DNA of 64,000 bases from Octopus sinensis (Eukaryota). Location: assembly GCF_006345805.1 (NCBI RefSeq), contig NC_042997.1:42904001-42968000 (forward strand), in the 5' to 3' direction. Under the pieces are notes generated by a model. That model had not been told where the DNA came from. It saw only the letters and a program-made list of their open reading frames with translations, and did not search any database. Shown piece by piece: positions 24,505-36,767 of this stretch. Made by a program: the position numbers and the translations under genes. Every line of letters begins with the position of its first letter. Positions within the stretch are counted from its first letter, which is position 1.

Positions 24505-24560
24505 TTATTCTCATCTTTAAATATCACCAGCTGTTTGGATTTCAGCGTTTTTGTTAACAT
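24505..24560 (-). CDS. Candidate 56-nt internal exon (MLTKTLKSKQLVIFKDEN)
   Basis: Very strong acceptor ttttttcttttttttcttttacttag; donor AA|gtatga. Confidence 0.4.
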
Positions 24561-24771
24561 CTAAGTAAAAGAAAAAAAAGAAAAAACAGACCTCTTCAAG
24601 CTTTCAAGCATTAGAAGTCTCTAAAACACAATGATCAATGTATTAGTAGATTTCCAACCCAACTTCTTTTTCTTTTTTTTTTTGACTCAATGTGGGTTTA
24701 TGGCAAACACACATTACTGCAGAAAAAAAGGAACTTTTAATCATTATATATATATATATATATATATATAT

Positions 24772-25180
24772 ACTCTTTTACTCTTATACTCTTTTACTTG
24801 TTTCAGTCATTTGACTGCGGCCATGCTGGAGCACCGCCTTTAGTCGAGCAACTCGACCCTGAGACTTATTCTTTGTAAGCCCAGTACTTATTCTATCGGT
24901 CTCTTTTGCCGAACCGCTAAGTTACAGGGACGTAAACACACCAGCATCGGTTGTCAAGCAATGCTAGGGGGACAAACACAGACGCACAAACATACACGCA
25001 CATATATATATATACATATATACGACGGGCTTCTTTCAGTTTCCGTCTACCAAATCCACTCACAAGGCTTTGGTCGGCCCGAGGCTATAGCAGAAGACAC
25101 TTGCCCAAGGTGCCACGCAGTGGGACTGAACCCGGAACCATGTGGTTCATAAGCAAGCTACTTACCACACAGCCACTCCT
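24772..25180 (-). mobile_element. SINE family A (young); a further diverged copy follows at about 25185-25570
   Basis: Reverse-complement homology to 4773-5160. Confidence 0.9.
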
Positions 25181-25626
25181 TTATATCTTACTTGTTTCAG
25201 TTATTAGACTGCAACCATGCTAGAATATTGCCTTGAAAAATCTTTAGTCAAATGAATCAACCGCAGTACTTATTTTATGTGTGTGTGTGTGTGTGTTAAG
25301 CCTGGTATTCATTCTATAAGACTCTTTGGCAGAGCCACTAAGTTACAGGAACGTAAACACACCAACTGTGGTTGTCAAGCAGTGATGGATGACAAATAGA
25401 CATAAAGACCCACACACACACACACACACACGCACACACAGAGACTTCTTTCAGTTTCTGTCTACTAAATCCACTCACAATGCTTTGCTTGGTCCAAGGG
25501 GAAGATACTTGCCCAAGGTATCACATAGTGCAACTGAACCAAGGACCCTGTGGTTTACAAGCAAGCTTCTTTTATTCACAACACACACACATATACATAT
25601 ACATACTAATGTTTGTTTTTATACCA

Positions 25627-26092
25627 AGTGTGGCTGTGTGGTAAGTAGCTTGCTTACCAACCACATGGTTTCGGGTTCTTCCCACAGCGTGGCACCTTGG
25701 GCAAGTGTCTTCTGCTATAGTCTCGGGCCGACCAAAGCCTTGTGAGTGGATTTGGTAGACAGAAACTGAAAGAAGCCTGTCGTATATATGTGTCATCATC
25801 ATCATCATCATCGTTTAACGTCCGTTCTCCATGCTAGCATGGGTTGGACGGTTCGACCGGGGATCTGGGAAGCCAGAAGGCTGCACCAGGCTCCAGTCTT
25901 ATCTGGCAGTGTTTCTACAGCTGGATGCCCTTCCTAACGCCAACCACTCCGAGAGTGTAGTGGGTGCTTTTTACATGCCACCTGCACAGGTGCCAGGCGA
26001 GGCTGGCAACGGCCACTGTCGGATTGGTGCATTTTACATGCCACCGGCATGAAAGCCAGTCGAGGCGGCACTGGCATATATATGTGCATATA

Positions 26093-26191
<99 letters not shown>

Positions 26192-26347
26192 GCCTGCTCG
26201 GTCATGTGATATATATATGTATATAATATATATATATATACAATTGTGTGTTTCTTAAATGGCTTTCAAACACCTTCCACGCTGCAATTGTTTTCGTTCC
26301 AGCTCACGCTCTCAGATCAAATCACTTGCTATGCGAGTACATCTCCG

Positions 26348-26402
<55 letters not shown>

Positions 26403-26410
26403 TATGTGTG

Positions 26411-26445
<35 letters not shown>

Positions 26446-26570
26446 TGTGTCTGTGTTTGTCCCCCCAACATCGCTTGACAACCGATGCTGGTGTGTTTAC
26501 ATCCCCGTAACTTAGCGGTTTGGCAAAAGAGACCGATAGAATAAGTACAAAGAATAAGTCCTGAGGTCGA
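25627..26570 (+). mobile_element. SINE family A split at its internal microsatellite by a family B SINE (25793-26070, minus) and TA-flanked unique islands
   Basis: 5' half at 25627-25790 and 3' half at about 26400-26570, same orientation. Confidence 0.7.
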
Positions 26571-26984
26571 ATATTACTAATACTATTATGTCGTACTCAC
26601 TTGTGAGTGAGTGATGGCTGGCTGTACTGTATGTATATGAATGTAAATATGTTTGTATGTGTGTTATGTGTGTGTGTAAAATCTTTCCTCTCTTTTGCTC
26701 GTTAGACTGCAACCATGCTGGGGCACTAACGAGACAGTTTTAGTCAAACAAATCGACTCCAGTACTTATCTTTCTTTTAAGGTAGGTACTTATTCTATTA
26801 GTCTCTTTTTCCTGAACTACTAACTTACAGGGATGTAAACACACCAACACCAGTCATCAAGTGGTTGTGGTGAGGGGGGGACAAACACAAACACATATAT
26901 ATGGCTTCTTTTGGTTTCTATCAACCAAATCCACTCACACACGCACACACAGAGTGAGGGAGAGAGAAGGAGAAAGAGAGAAAG

Positions 26985-27030
<46 letters not shown>

Positions 27031-27447
27031 CGTGCGTGTGCAGTGAGGATTATAAAACAGAGTAATTGTATGATGATACTCGTAAGGCTTAATCAGAAGG
27101 GGAACAGCAGTACCCATGAATCTGCAAGAAAGCCTTCAAAGTTTGTTGGAAAAGAGAGAAGAAACTAGAGACCTAGGTTGAATGCTTGCAAAGAGAGTCA
27201 AAGTCGTTAAACCAGGTGACAGAATAAATCTAGCATTCAAGATTTAAGTACCAGCTGACAGACTAATGCAGTTTCTGTCTATCAAATTTCACTGGCAAAG
27301 CTTGGGTCACTTGAAGGTTATTGTAAAAATTAAAAAACATATATCAGAACCCTGTTGCCTGACATGCTGTGCAGTGGGATTAAACCTTCAACTGTAAAGA
27401 GCATTTAACTCCCTGCTTGTAAGTTCATCTTTTGTTTGTGACTTAGC

Positions 27448-27610
27448 TTAAGATGGTAATTCATTTTTGAATGCAGAGACACCATTACAACATTGGAAAC
27501 ATTGGGTAAATTACCCTAAGAAGAAAAATTTTTCTGCTTTGTAAGGGTAATTTACCCTGTTTCTGCTGTTCTCACATCATCTCTGCATTCGAAAATAAAT
27601 TATCTTATTT
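27448..27610. repeat. Degenerate fold-back / MITE-like inverted repeat
   Basis: GGTAATTCATTTTTGAATGCAGAGA pairs with TCTCTGCATTCGAAAATAAATTATC; inner GGGTAAATTACCCT pairs with AGGGTAATTTACCC. Confidence 0.7.
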
Positions 27611-28812
27611 GTATCTATATACACATTTCAGTGCTTATAAAAAAAACGTTAGTTTGTTTATATTTAAATACACATGTTAGCGTCAATGATTTCAATGGCA
27701 GAGTCAGTAAGTAACAACAAGATATAGTAATTGGTTGAACCAGTGAATGTAATAAATCATCATCATCATCATCATCACAGATTTAATGTTCCCTTTTTCA
27801 TGCTTGCATGGGTCAGACAGAATTCCATGAGGCAGATTCATACGGCTGGATGCCCTTCCTGTTACCACCTCTCCCCTGTTTCCAAGTAAGGTAGTATTTC
27901 CCCATAGCCAGACATATTTTTCAGGAAGAATGGAAATGATTCACTCGTACAATGGTTACAACTATTGCATAATGTCAAGACAAGGAGATACAAACATGAA
28001 TATATACACACTCTTACATATGACAGGCTTCTTTTTGTTTCTGTCTACTGAATCTACTCACAAGGCTTTGGTCGAGCCAGGACACTCATGTATAAAATAT
28101 TTGTCGAAAATGCAGTGGGACTGAACCCGGAACCATGTGGTTAGGAAGGAAGCTTAACCACATCACCATAAATCAATATTTCAGAAATCAGCAATTGCTC
28201 AATGGATATGAAAAAAAAAGAACCCCTCTTATTAGAGAGTGACATTGATATCTAAGAAGCTAATCTGAGGGGCATGAGCAATTTAGATAAGAGAGACTGT
28301 CTACAATTGTAAATTGCCCTTGAAATTACTAAGCTATTACCAATAGAGAAGATTCTAAGTTTTCTTATTGGCTGGTCTACTTTTGAAGTGATAATACAAT
28401 TTAGAAACCATTTAAAACTTTTATTATTATTATTATTTCTATTTATTATCTTTATTCTTTTCTTCTAGACCAACACCTTAACTAAGAACATCCTTCTTGC
28501 AGACAAGACATATGAGGCTATCATGCATAAAAATAAATAAATAAACAATTAGATTTCAGTTTGAATAGAGTAAAACTACTTTCCTTAAGTTTTGACCTAA
28601 TTTCAGTCAACCATAACTTCATCAACATGTTCACTAATCATTCAAATTTTTCAGGCTTTATTTCCGACACCCATAAATTAAATATATCATCACTTATACC
28701 CTGATTAAAAGGAAATAAATGACACTGGTGTGTTTGTCCACAAAAATATTGTATATGAAGACATGGTATTGAAATCTACCTATACATACAATATTGGCTT
28801 AAAAACCTTTAC

Positions 28813-28891
28813 CGATATCTTCTGCATTACAGTACACAAGTAATGTAATCTCTGAGGGCAGTCGTTGGCATTGGTTGATCGAGTGGGTAGA
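28813..28891 (-). CDS. Candidate 79-nt exon (STHSINQCQRLPSEITLLVYCNAEDI)
   Basis: Acceptor gtgtttag, donor CG|gtaaag, CpG-retaining; phase-compatible with 29023-29057. A second frame is also open. Confidence 0.45.
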
Positions 28892-29022
28892 CTAAACACA
28901 TTACAGGATTTAGTTTCATCCTTCTCGTTTTATAATAAAGGCTTATAAAATAAGTACTAGTAATATACTGAATTCAATTTAATTGACTAAATATTTCTCT
29001 ACTGCTGCAATTGGCTTTATAC

Positions 29023-29057
29023 CAAATCAATATCAATTTTTTGTAGATGCACAACAT
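29023..29057 (-). CDS. Candidate 35-nt exon (DVVHLQKIDIDL)
   Basis: Acceptor tttcccctctttaaaaatttcag; donor TG|gtataa. Confidence 0.4.
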
Positions 29058-30050
29058 CTGAAATTTTTAAAGAGGGGAAATGAGGTTTAGTGACATCTAT
29101 GCCATTTTAACTAACATTTTAGACGTAAATTAAGTGAACTGGCTTACAACCAAGAATTAAAGCTGGTCTACAGATTCAACTAATTGGAAACTCGTGTAAT
29201 TCACTAATCACATACTGAATAACACTATGCAGGTTAAGACATCATACAAATTCAAATTGGTCAAACATGAATTACAATGACTGATTAAAGTTCCTTAAGC
29301 AATTTAGAATCAGTTGGTTTGACAACTTATTTATTTAATTTCTTTCAGTTTGAGATAAAATGCACTGCTGAAGAGGTTATAAAAAACCCCAATGTTTAAG
29401 AGAAGTTGGTAGAGTTGATATGTTATCTAAGAAACTAGAAGTAAGTAATTAGAAAGAAGAATTAACCAAATGAAGTAGATTCGGGAAATAAAGATCATTC
29501 GGTTATTCAGATCCTGTAAATAATAAAGTCTTCAGAAGAAAAAAATAATTTTATGACAGTAAATGATGCAAATAGAATGCACTTGAGGGGTGGATCTCTT
29601 TGTTAAAATAGAAAACATTGAAAATGTTCATTGAGCATCTAATTAAATGTTATTGAGTATCTAATTAAAGACAACTTTAATTATCAGGCATTTATAAAAA
29701 TTTAAGCAATATTTTGTTCAAACCATATATTGGTTCACATATCTTGTAAGTGTCAGGAATGTGTTAAGGATCAGTACTTAGCTATGTTTTCATAATATAA
29801 ATCTCTCCCTAGATGAGATACTAGTCTAACTCAATAATGTGTGATCTGGTACTTATTCATCACAGTTAAATAAACGGTTGCATGTAGAATTATGTGTACA
29901 GTGTATACTATATACATACTGAAACATAAACAGTGAATTTTAATTCAAGATGTCTGAACTGGTTGGTCACTCTGACCAACCCCATTTCATTAGTTCTCTA
30001 TCAGACATTGACCAACAAATACTTAAGGGCATCAATTGTGTTAATTTCAC

Positions 30051-30092
30051 CATTCTGGAAAGGTCTGCAAAGGTCATCAATACTCATCTCCC
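30051..30092 (-). CDS. Weak candidate 42-nt exon (EMSIDDLCRPFQN)
   Basis: Donor ATG|gtgaaa; needs the second AG after the pyrimidine tract, so the acceptor is weak. Confidence 0.25.
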
Positions 30093-31841
30093 CTTATAAA
30101 TACCTTTTTTTAAGAAAAAAAAGACCATACACTTATTTTACAGTTTAGACAAAGCTGTCTGTACCAACAAGTGGTTGGTGGACTTAATTATCTTACCAAA
30201 CTTTTCACATAGTCCCACAATGATAAAAATAGTAACTTGTAACCCAATGATATAGTCAATGGAACTTATGAATTCAAAATATTTAAAAGTTTAAATATTT
30301 CCACATCATTAGAATACCAAATTATTTACAGCCAGTAGATTTATCTTATTTGTCATTTGTCATTTTAGAATAAAGATTTGAAATAAATGGAAAAGAGATT
30401 GTATAAATAGAAAATAGAGACATTAAACAGAAAAACGGGGATGGGAGAGAGAAAACTAAAGATTCCTTAGACAGGATACATTAATAAAATTACATCTTTA
30501 ACATGCATGACATTTGACAAAATCTCTCTGAAAGAAAACCATCTGGCAGTAACAAACAAACAAAAAGAAAGAATAAAAAGACCTTAAATTTATTACTAAA
30601 ATAACTATCGCAATATTTATACATACACAAGTCAAATTCTTATCTACTACTGCCACCCTCCACCAAAAAAAAAGTATAAAATAGAATTTTAATTATGAGG
30701 GAATATTTTCTTTTGCTTTTGAAAATGTATTCATTTTAGTATATATTTTTTAGTTATATAAATAGACTTATATAAATGAATTATTCTTCTATTACATGCT
30801 GGGAAAACACACGCTTTTAATCTAAAAGGTTACAATTATCTCCTTTCACTAGAAACATGTTTCTTTGGTTTAGTATGAGTTCTTGAAGTACATAATATGT
30901 AATATTTTAAAAAGGGGGTCAGGGGAATACGATATAATTCGTTCATCAATGCAAACAAGTAAATTACTTCCAGTCATAGAATTCTTATAAATATAAATAA
31001 AAGAAGTAAAGGAAACAGCTTCACACATTCCTTGTCACCCAAAATAGCACTCTGCTAATTAATTCATCTTCATTATTTCAAAGTCAATTGCTTTGTTAAC
31101 AACACAGACAAGAATTGGCTTTAATATAATCCATACAATTAAGATCTAATTGTACTTCTTTCTATCATCATTATTATAATTGATAAATATCATAATTGAT
31201 AAAAAGTGAAGTCTTTCCACACTCTTGCCACATTCGTTCATTTTGAATTTATTTTTCCATGTATGCATGGACAGGATGAATATGTTATTTGGGACATTGT
31301 CCAGGCACAAAGTACCAGGACAATTTGATGACAGAAGAATCTTACCATAATACTGTACTCTGCCCACCCACCCACCACCACACATACAAACAGGTAGATA
31401 GATAAATAGATAGACAGGTCTTCTTTCAGTTTCTATCGACCAAATCCACCCACAAGGTTTTGGTCGTCCAGGGCTATAATAGAAGACCCTTGTTGAAGGT
31501 ATCATGCACTGGGACTGAACCTGAAACCATGTGATTGGAAAGTGAACTTTTCAACCTCACAACCAAACCAATTACACGCACACACACACACACACGTATA
31601 TGTATGTATATATTTCTGCTAATATAACCAAATGTCAACTTAGCTTAGTGAAAGAGCTAGATTGTACTCTTGTTACTCAAAATGCTATGGAGCCAAGAGT
31701 AAATAAATCAAGTGAAAGATAAGAGAAAACATACATCAAATGAGATGTCATACATTTACACAGATAAGAATGAATGTTAAAATTACTCCATTCTGTCTAA
31801 AATAGGAGTCATTCAAACACATGCATATACCAAGTGAATAC

Positions 31842-32023
31842 CTAAAAATGAATGTGTGGGAGGTTTATATAAAAAAATATCTCTATGGCTAGTGGGGACC
31901 AGGCTTACAAAGTTAAGAACAATAACATGGCGTGGAGAGAGTGCAGCATGGAAGCTGCCAGAGAAACAGAGTTTGTACAGCTGGACATTCTGACCAGTTG
32001 CAAAGCACTGACCAGTTTTGTGA
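31842..32023 (-). CDS. Candidate 182-nt exon (HKTGQCFATGQNVQLYKLCFSGSFHAALSPRHVIVLNFVSLVPTSHRDIFLYKPPTHSFL); alternative donor at 31909
   Basis: Acceptor gttctag after a long T-rich tract; donors AG|gtattc or TT|gtaagc; 60 open codons; phase joins 32242-32302. Confidence 0.55.
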
Positions 32024-32241
32024 CTAGAACATTGGTTGAACAAAAAAGATAGCAAATTATAGAGAAATAGTGCAGTAAATAAGGCTATTAGAAATAAAAT
32101 AAGTTTGGAAGGTGCAAAAGACAGGAGGCAGCAAGGAACTAGACAAACATACTGAAAGATAATCTCATGGATAACTTTGACATGAATACAACTTAGAGGA
32201 AGAAATCATAACAATGAGTACATTCATAATAAATGACGCAC

Positions 32242-32302
32242 GGTAAACCAGTTTCATCAATGGTGCCAATGTTATTTGGAGGCAAAGAAATTATGTCACA
32301 CC
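32242..32302 (-). CDS. Candidate 61-nt exon (CDIISLPPNNIGTIDETGL)
   Basis: Acceptor tgttgttcttccttag, donor CC|gtgcgt; only one open frame, and it is phase-compatible on both sides. Confidence 0.55.
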
Positions 32303-33120
32303 CTAAGGAAGAACAACATTAGGAATGCCATCAATAATAGACAGAATGTTAAAAAGTTGATTCTTCACTGATCCATCAATGTTCCTTTCGTTTTGTTCAT
32401 TTTCTTACTAATTACCAAAAAAAATTTCTTCAGAATTGAAATAATTATATGTAACATTGATGAAGCATCTGAAAAAAGGCTGTAGCATGCAATTTATCAT
32501 TTTTACAAGTTACAACTAGTTACAATATGACTTAGACACTAACAAACATAGAAGATACTTTAAAAAAAAAAATTTCTATGGCTCAAAAGCATTAAAATAA
32601 ATCCAAGCATATTGTTATTCAAATCCTACTCACACCCACTCAGAGCTACAACCCACCATGAGAGTTGAAACAGGTTTCAAAAATGAAAACAAAAACCAAA
32701 AAAAGCGGGGAGGAAGCCAGTACCACACTACACACTCATGGAAGATTCCCCAGTTTAAAAGAGCAGAGGATTATCTGAATCAGATGAATATCACCATTAT
32801 ACAAACTTAATATTTTGCATTACACAACTGAGCAACAGTAACCACGGGGGTTCCTTGCAGTAGCCCAATCACCAAAGGCAACAGACTCTAAGCTAACATA
32901 TCAAACTGCATGGAACAATTATCTAAAGAGGAATCTATTGACAATACACTGGTGATTCCCTACCTTAGACCTGCACTCAGCAGGGATTTTCTCCAACATT
33001 AACAAGTAACTTAATTTTATTAAAAGCCTTGTGAGTGGATCTGGTAGATGAAACTGAAAGAAACCCACCATATGTGTGTGTGTGCATGTATGTATGTATG
33101 TATGTGTGTATGTATGTATA

Positions 33121-33492
33121 CTCTTACTCTTTTACTTGTTTCAGTCATTTGACTACGGCCATGCTGGAGCACCGCCTTTAGTACTTATTCTATCGGTCTC
33201 TTTTTGCCGAACCGCTAAGTGATGGGGACGTAAACACACCAGCATCGGTTGTCAAGCAATGCTAGGGGGACAAACACAGACACACAAACATATACACATA
33301 CACACATATACATATATATACATATATACGACAAGCTTCTTTCAGTTTCCGTCTACCAAATCCACTCACAAGGCATTGGTCGGCCCGGGGCTATAGCAGA
33401 AGACACTTGCCCAAGATGCCACGCAGTGGGACTGAACCCGGAACCATGTGGTTGGTAAGCAAGCCACTTACCACACAGCCACTCCTGCGCCT
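33121..33492 (-). mobile_element. SINE family A (with internal deletion)
   Basis: Reverse-complement homology to 4773-5160. Confidence 0.88.
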
Positions 33493-34252
33493 ATGCATAT
33501 GTATGTGTGTTACTGTCTCCTTGCTTTCACATCATGTGAAAACAAGTATCACCATCATGTAAATGGTATCCTTCTTTTCCAATCTTGCATGAAAATATGT
33601 CTGGTCATAGGGGAATATTCCCTAACTTGGAAACAGGTGAGGGTTGGCAAGAGGAAGGACACCTGGTTGTAGAAAATTTGCCTTAACAAATTCTGTCCAT
33701 GGAAATGTGGAGGTTAAAATGATGATGACGAATTCAGAACATAGATTAATTTTTGGCCAGTAATTCCTTAATTGTGCTATTTTTGTGCAACTATATTTGA
33801 CAGCAATGGCTCAGCAAAGTTATTGATGCATGAAATGGCATTTTTGAGAGGCAATGTCAAAAACAACATAGGCCACTAAGAAATCCTCAAGCAGCCTTTA
33901 AGTGCATTATGTCTCAGATTGTGAGTCCAATGATAACAGAGATAAAAATCTAGTCACATCAATCTTATTACAAATGAACACTATATGTCATAACACCTTG
34001 AACATTCCTTCCCCGTGAAAATAACAAGCATTTGGAATATTTTTGCTACTTAGCACTCACAATCATATTAAGGAATTCACACTACTTAGATTTTTATCAG
34101 ATTTAAGGATCACTAACAAAGAATAAATCCACTTGTTTTATTTACTCTTTGCAATAAAAACCTCTAAGATTATCAAAATTACATGAGATTTTATGATAGT
34201 GCAGCTATTCCTACAAATATGCAAATGAACGATGCATGAGAGATGAAAATAC

Positions 34253-34301
34253 TATGAGTCGGTAACTGAAGATAGTTTAGCAGATACGGATTAAGGAAAA
34301 C
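34253..34301 (-). CDS. Candidate exon (VFLNPYLLNYLQLPTH); alternative donor at 34215
   Basis: Acceptor cctctttccag; donor A|gtattt; phase 0 to 1 links the first exon to 32302. Confidence 0.45.
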
Positions 34302-36749
34302 CTGGAAAGAGGTCTCATAAGACTAACACGTGCTTTTTTGTTACACCAGTTGGCCCTACAGATCAGATCTACCCAAGTTCGCAAAGCCTTTATTATCAGA
34401 GCCGTTTGATCAATTGAGCACAATCTCACTTGATGGTTTTTAGATTTTTAACCACTCCTAGAGGGAAATTTTGTTTAGAAATTGCTTGGATAATCTCAGC
34501 TGACTGAAGTTTTACAACTTGCTATATTTCATATGAGTGACTATTGCATTTTTATGCTGTAAGGTCAAATGTGGGAAAGTTACATCTCACATAATACAGA
34601 AATGATACAGATGAAAACGTTTTAACACAAAGCTATTGAAACCATTGGTATGGAATATAGAAATTAAGATGAAGATTATAATTCATGTAAGTGTGTGATG
34701 GAATGGTCAAATGATCAAAGTGTTCATTATGCTGGGAGTTCATATCCTAATAAAAAAAAAACTTTGTCACAGTATACCCAATGAAAGAATAAGCTTAATG
34801 CTATTATGTAAGTTATTTGTAATAAAGTAGTAACTTTAATCGAAGCTGTCTTCAACTCATATGCACACATCCAAAACCAAGTACAGACTTTGAGTTTTAT
34901 TGTTCATATTAAGATTTGTGTGTATGTGTGTGTATACAATAAATAAAATCATCCTCATCATCATCATCTGAAATCTGTTTTCCATGCTGGTACTAGTTGG
35001 ACGTTTTGACAGGAGCTGCCAAAGCCAGGAACCAGGCTCCATTGTTTCGATATGGTTTCTACAGTTTGATGCCCTTCCTAACGCCAACCACTTTACAGGT
35101 GCTTTTTATGTGGCACCATCACCAATAGGGTCACCAAATACCTTGTGAGGCAAAATGACTTTAATATAAGAAAATATTCGTCTTTTAGTTAGGAAGAAAG
35201 GCAATACTTATAAACCCTTTTCACAGGACTGCAAATACAAGTGGAAAGAAGTCATCTCAAACTTGAGACCTTCCCCATATACTGCCAAGACACCTTTAAC
35301 CGAATCCATCCTGTATGAAGGTAGTGCTAAACTGTAATAGATTAAGTGTACCCCTCTGGGAGGCTGTAATGGGATTTGAACTCAGAATGCAAAGGCCCAT
35401 CAACCAACAACTCTCTTACAGTCCTGCCATTCCACTGCCCTGGATTACAACTTTTATCAATCCTGAAAGAATGAGAAATAGAGTTCATTCAGCTTGGCAG
35501 GATCGAAATGCAGGACAAATTCTGCAATGCATTTATCCGCAACAACTGTAACCCCTTCTGCAACTCGCCCCCTTATAAATATACCAGTCGTATTTAATAC
35601 AAATATTTGAAATCAAAAACTCAGGAAAACTTTCTTAGTTAAGGAAGCTGGAGAAAATTTAGCAGAAGGTGTCTACTAAATAGAGCTGTATTTTAAATTA
35701 CATTGAGGAATGGTGAAACCGAAACTTCACACAACACAAAGCAAACTAAGTGGGAACCCCTACGTGGTCACTTAAGATGTTAGAATAGCAGCCAAATCCC
35801 CCACCCCTGTCTCTCGAGCTCACACTAGATAGTTTAGCTCTGCATTATCTAAAAATAAAATGAGATAGCCACGGCTAGACCGTATTGATTAAAAGTCTAT
35901 TTAATCGAAGCTGACCTGGAGCTACACAATAACAACCAATATAAAAGCATATATAGCCCTCGATGTAATATTTTGAGGCAAAAATATGAACACTCCATCA
36001 TTGTGCGTGCTTATGAGGAAGGTTCACTTTACTAAGCAGTTCTTCCCATTAAGCCAGAATTTCATACGTCAATGGTGCAGATAAGACAGATGCTGCCTCT
36101 ATTTAAAGAGAAAGCACTTGTCACAACTATTTGTATCATTTGTAACAGGTGAGTAGAAAAGCATTATTTTAGACAGCGTTGATGTTTATTCTAGTTGGCA
36201 AAATTAGAAAATATTTCTACACACACACAGGGTGTTGGCTTCGGATACGGTCACATTAAAAAATGTGTTGGAAAGTGAATCGCAAATCATCAAGAAACGA
36301 TTACCTATATATGTGTGTGTGCGTACTCCTTTCCCTTCTCCCTCTGTATTATATGTGTGTGTGTGTGTGTAATTACGACAATAACAGTTACCAGCAAAGG
36401 TCCTCTGAACAATAAAAGTCTATTGACATTTTGCTGTTGCTTCTAAAGTACCTGTGCTATTAGAAAACTATTTCCATAGTCAGAAACTGCTTCTTAATTG
36501 ATGTTTCTCCAAAACAATTAGTTAATATAACCAATACTATTCTGATTTCAAACAACTTATCGTTAGTTTATAACGGTAATGGTCCAATGCAAAGTTGTTT
36601 TCGATTTTAAAAGACATTTCATTTCTCTCAATTACACACAATCAGTTGGAACACTTAAGCGAATCAACGAAGCAGGTGTAATGCTAGCAAAAACGAAAGT
36701 AAATACCTTACAATACTTAGTTTCCTCTCCGAGTTCTAATCACACTTAC

Positions 36750-36767
36750 GTCGACTGTATCCTTCAT
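36750..36767 (-). CDS. Candidate first coding exon (MKDTVD)
   Basis: ATGAAGGATACAGTCGAC|gtaagt, a consensus donor; CpG-rich context; upstream frames closed, as expected for a 5'UTR. Confidence 0.4.

Noticed and set aside
26241-26350. TA-flanked unique island with CTGAGAGC(GTGA)GC...GAAA on the minus strand
   Set aside because: The core is one nucleotide short and there is no NUH site; it may be a Penelope-like tail but cannot be supported as a ribozyme.
28610-28700. Exon candidate GISDDIFNLWVSEIKPEKFE* behind a strong acceptor
   Set aside because: It fits only an alternative frame assignment that would end the protein early; left out of the gene model pending transcript data.
36040-36148. 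Plus-strand exon candidate ending CAG|gtgagt (and a minus-strand 31-nt candidate 36068-36098)
   Set aside because: No partner exons found on the plus strand; the minus-strand version is phase-incompatible with the candidate first exon.
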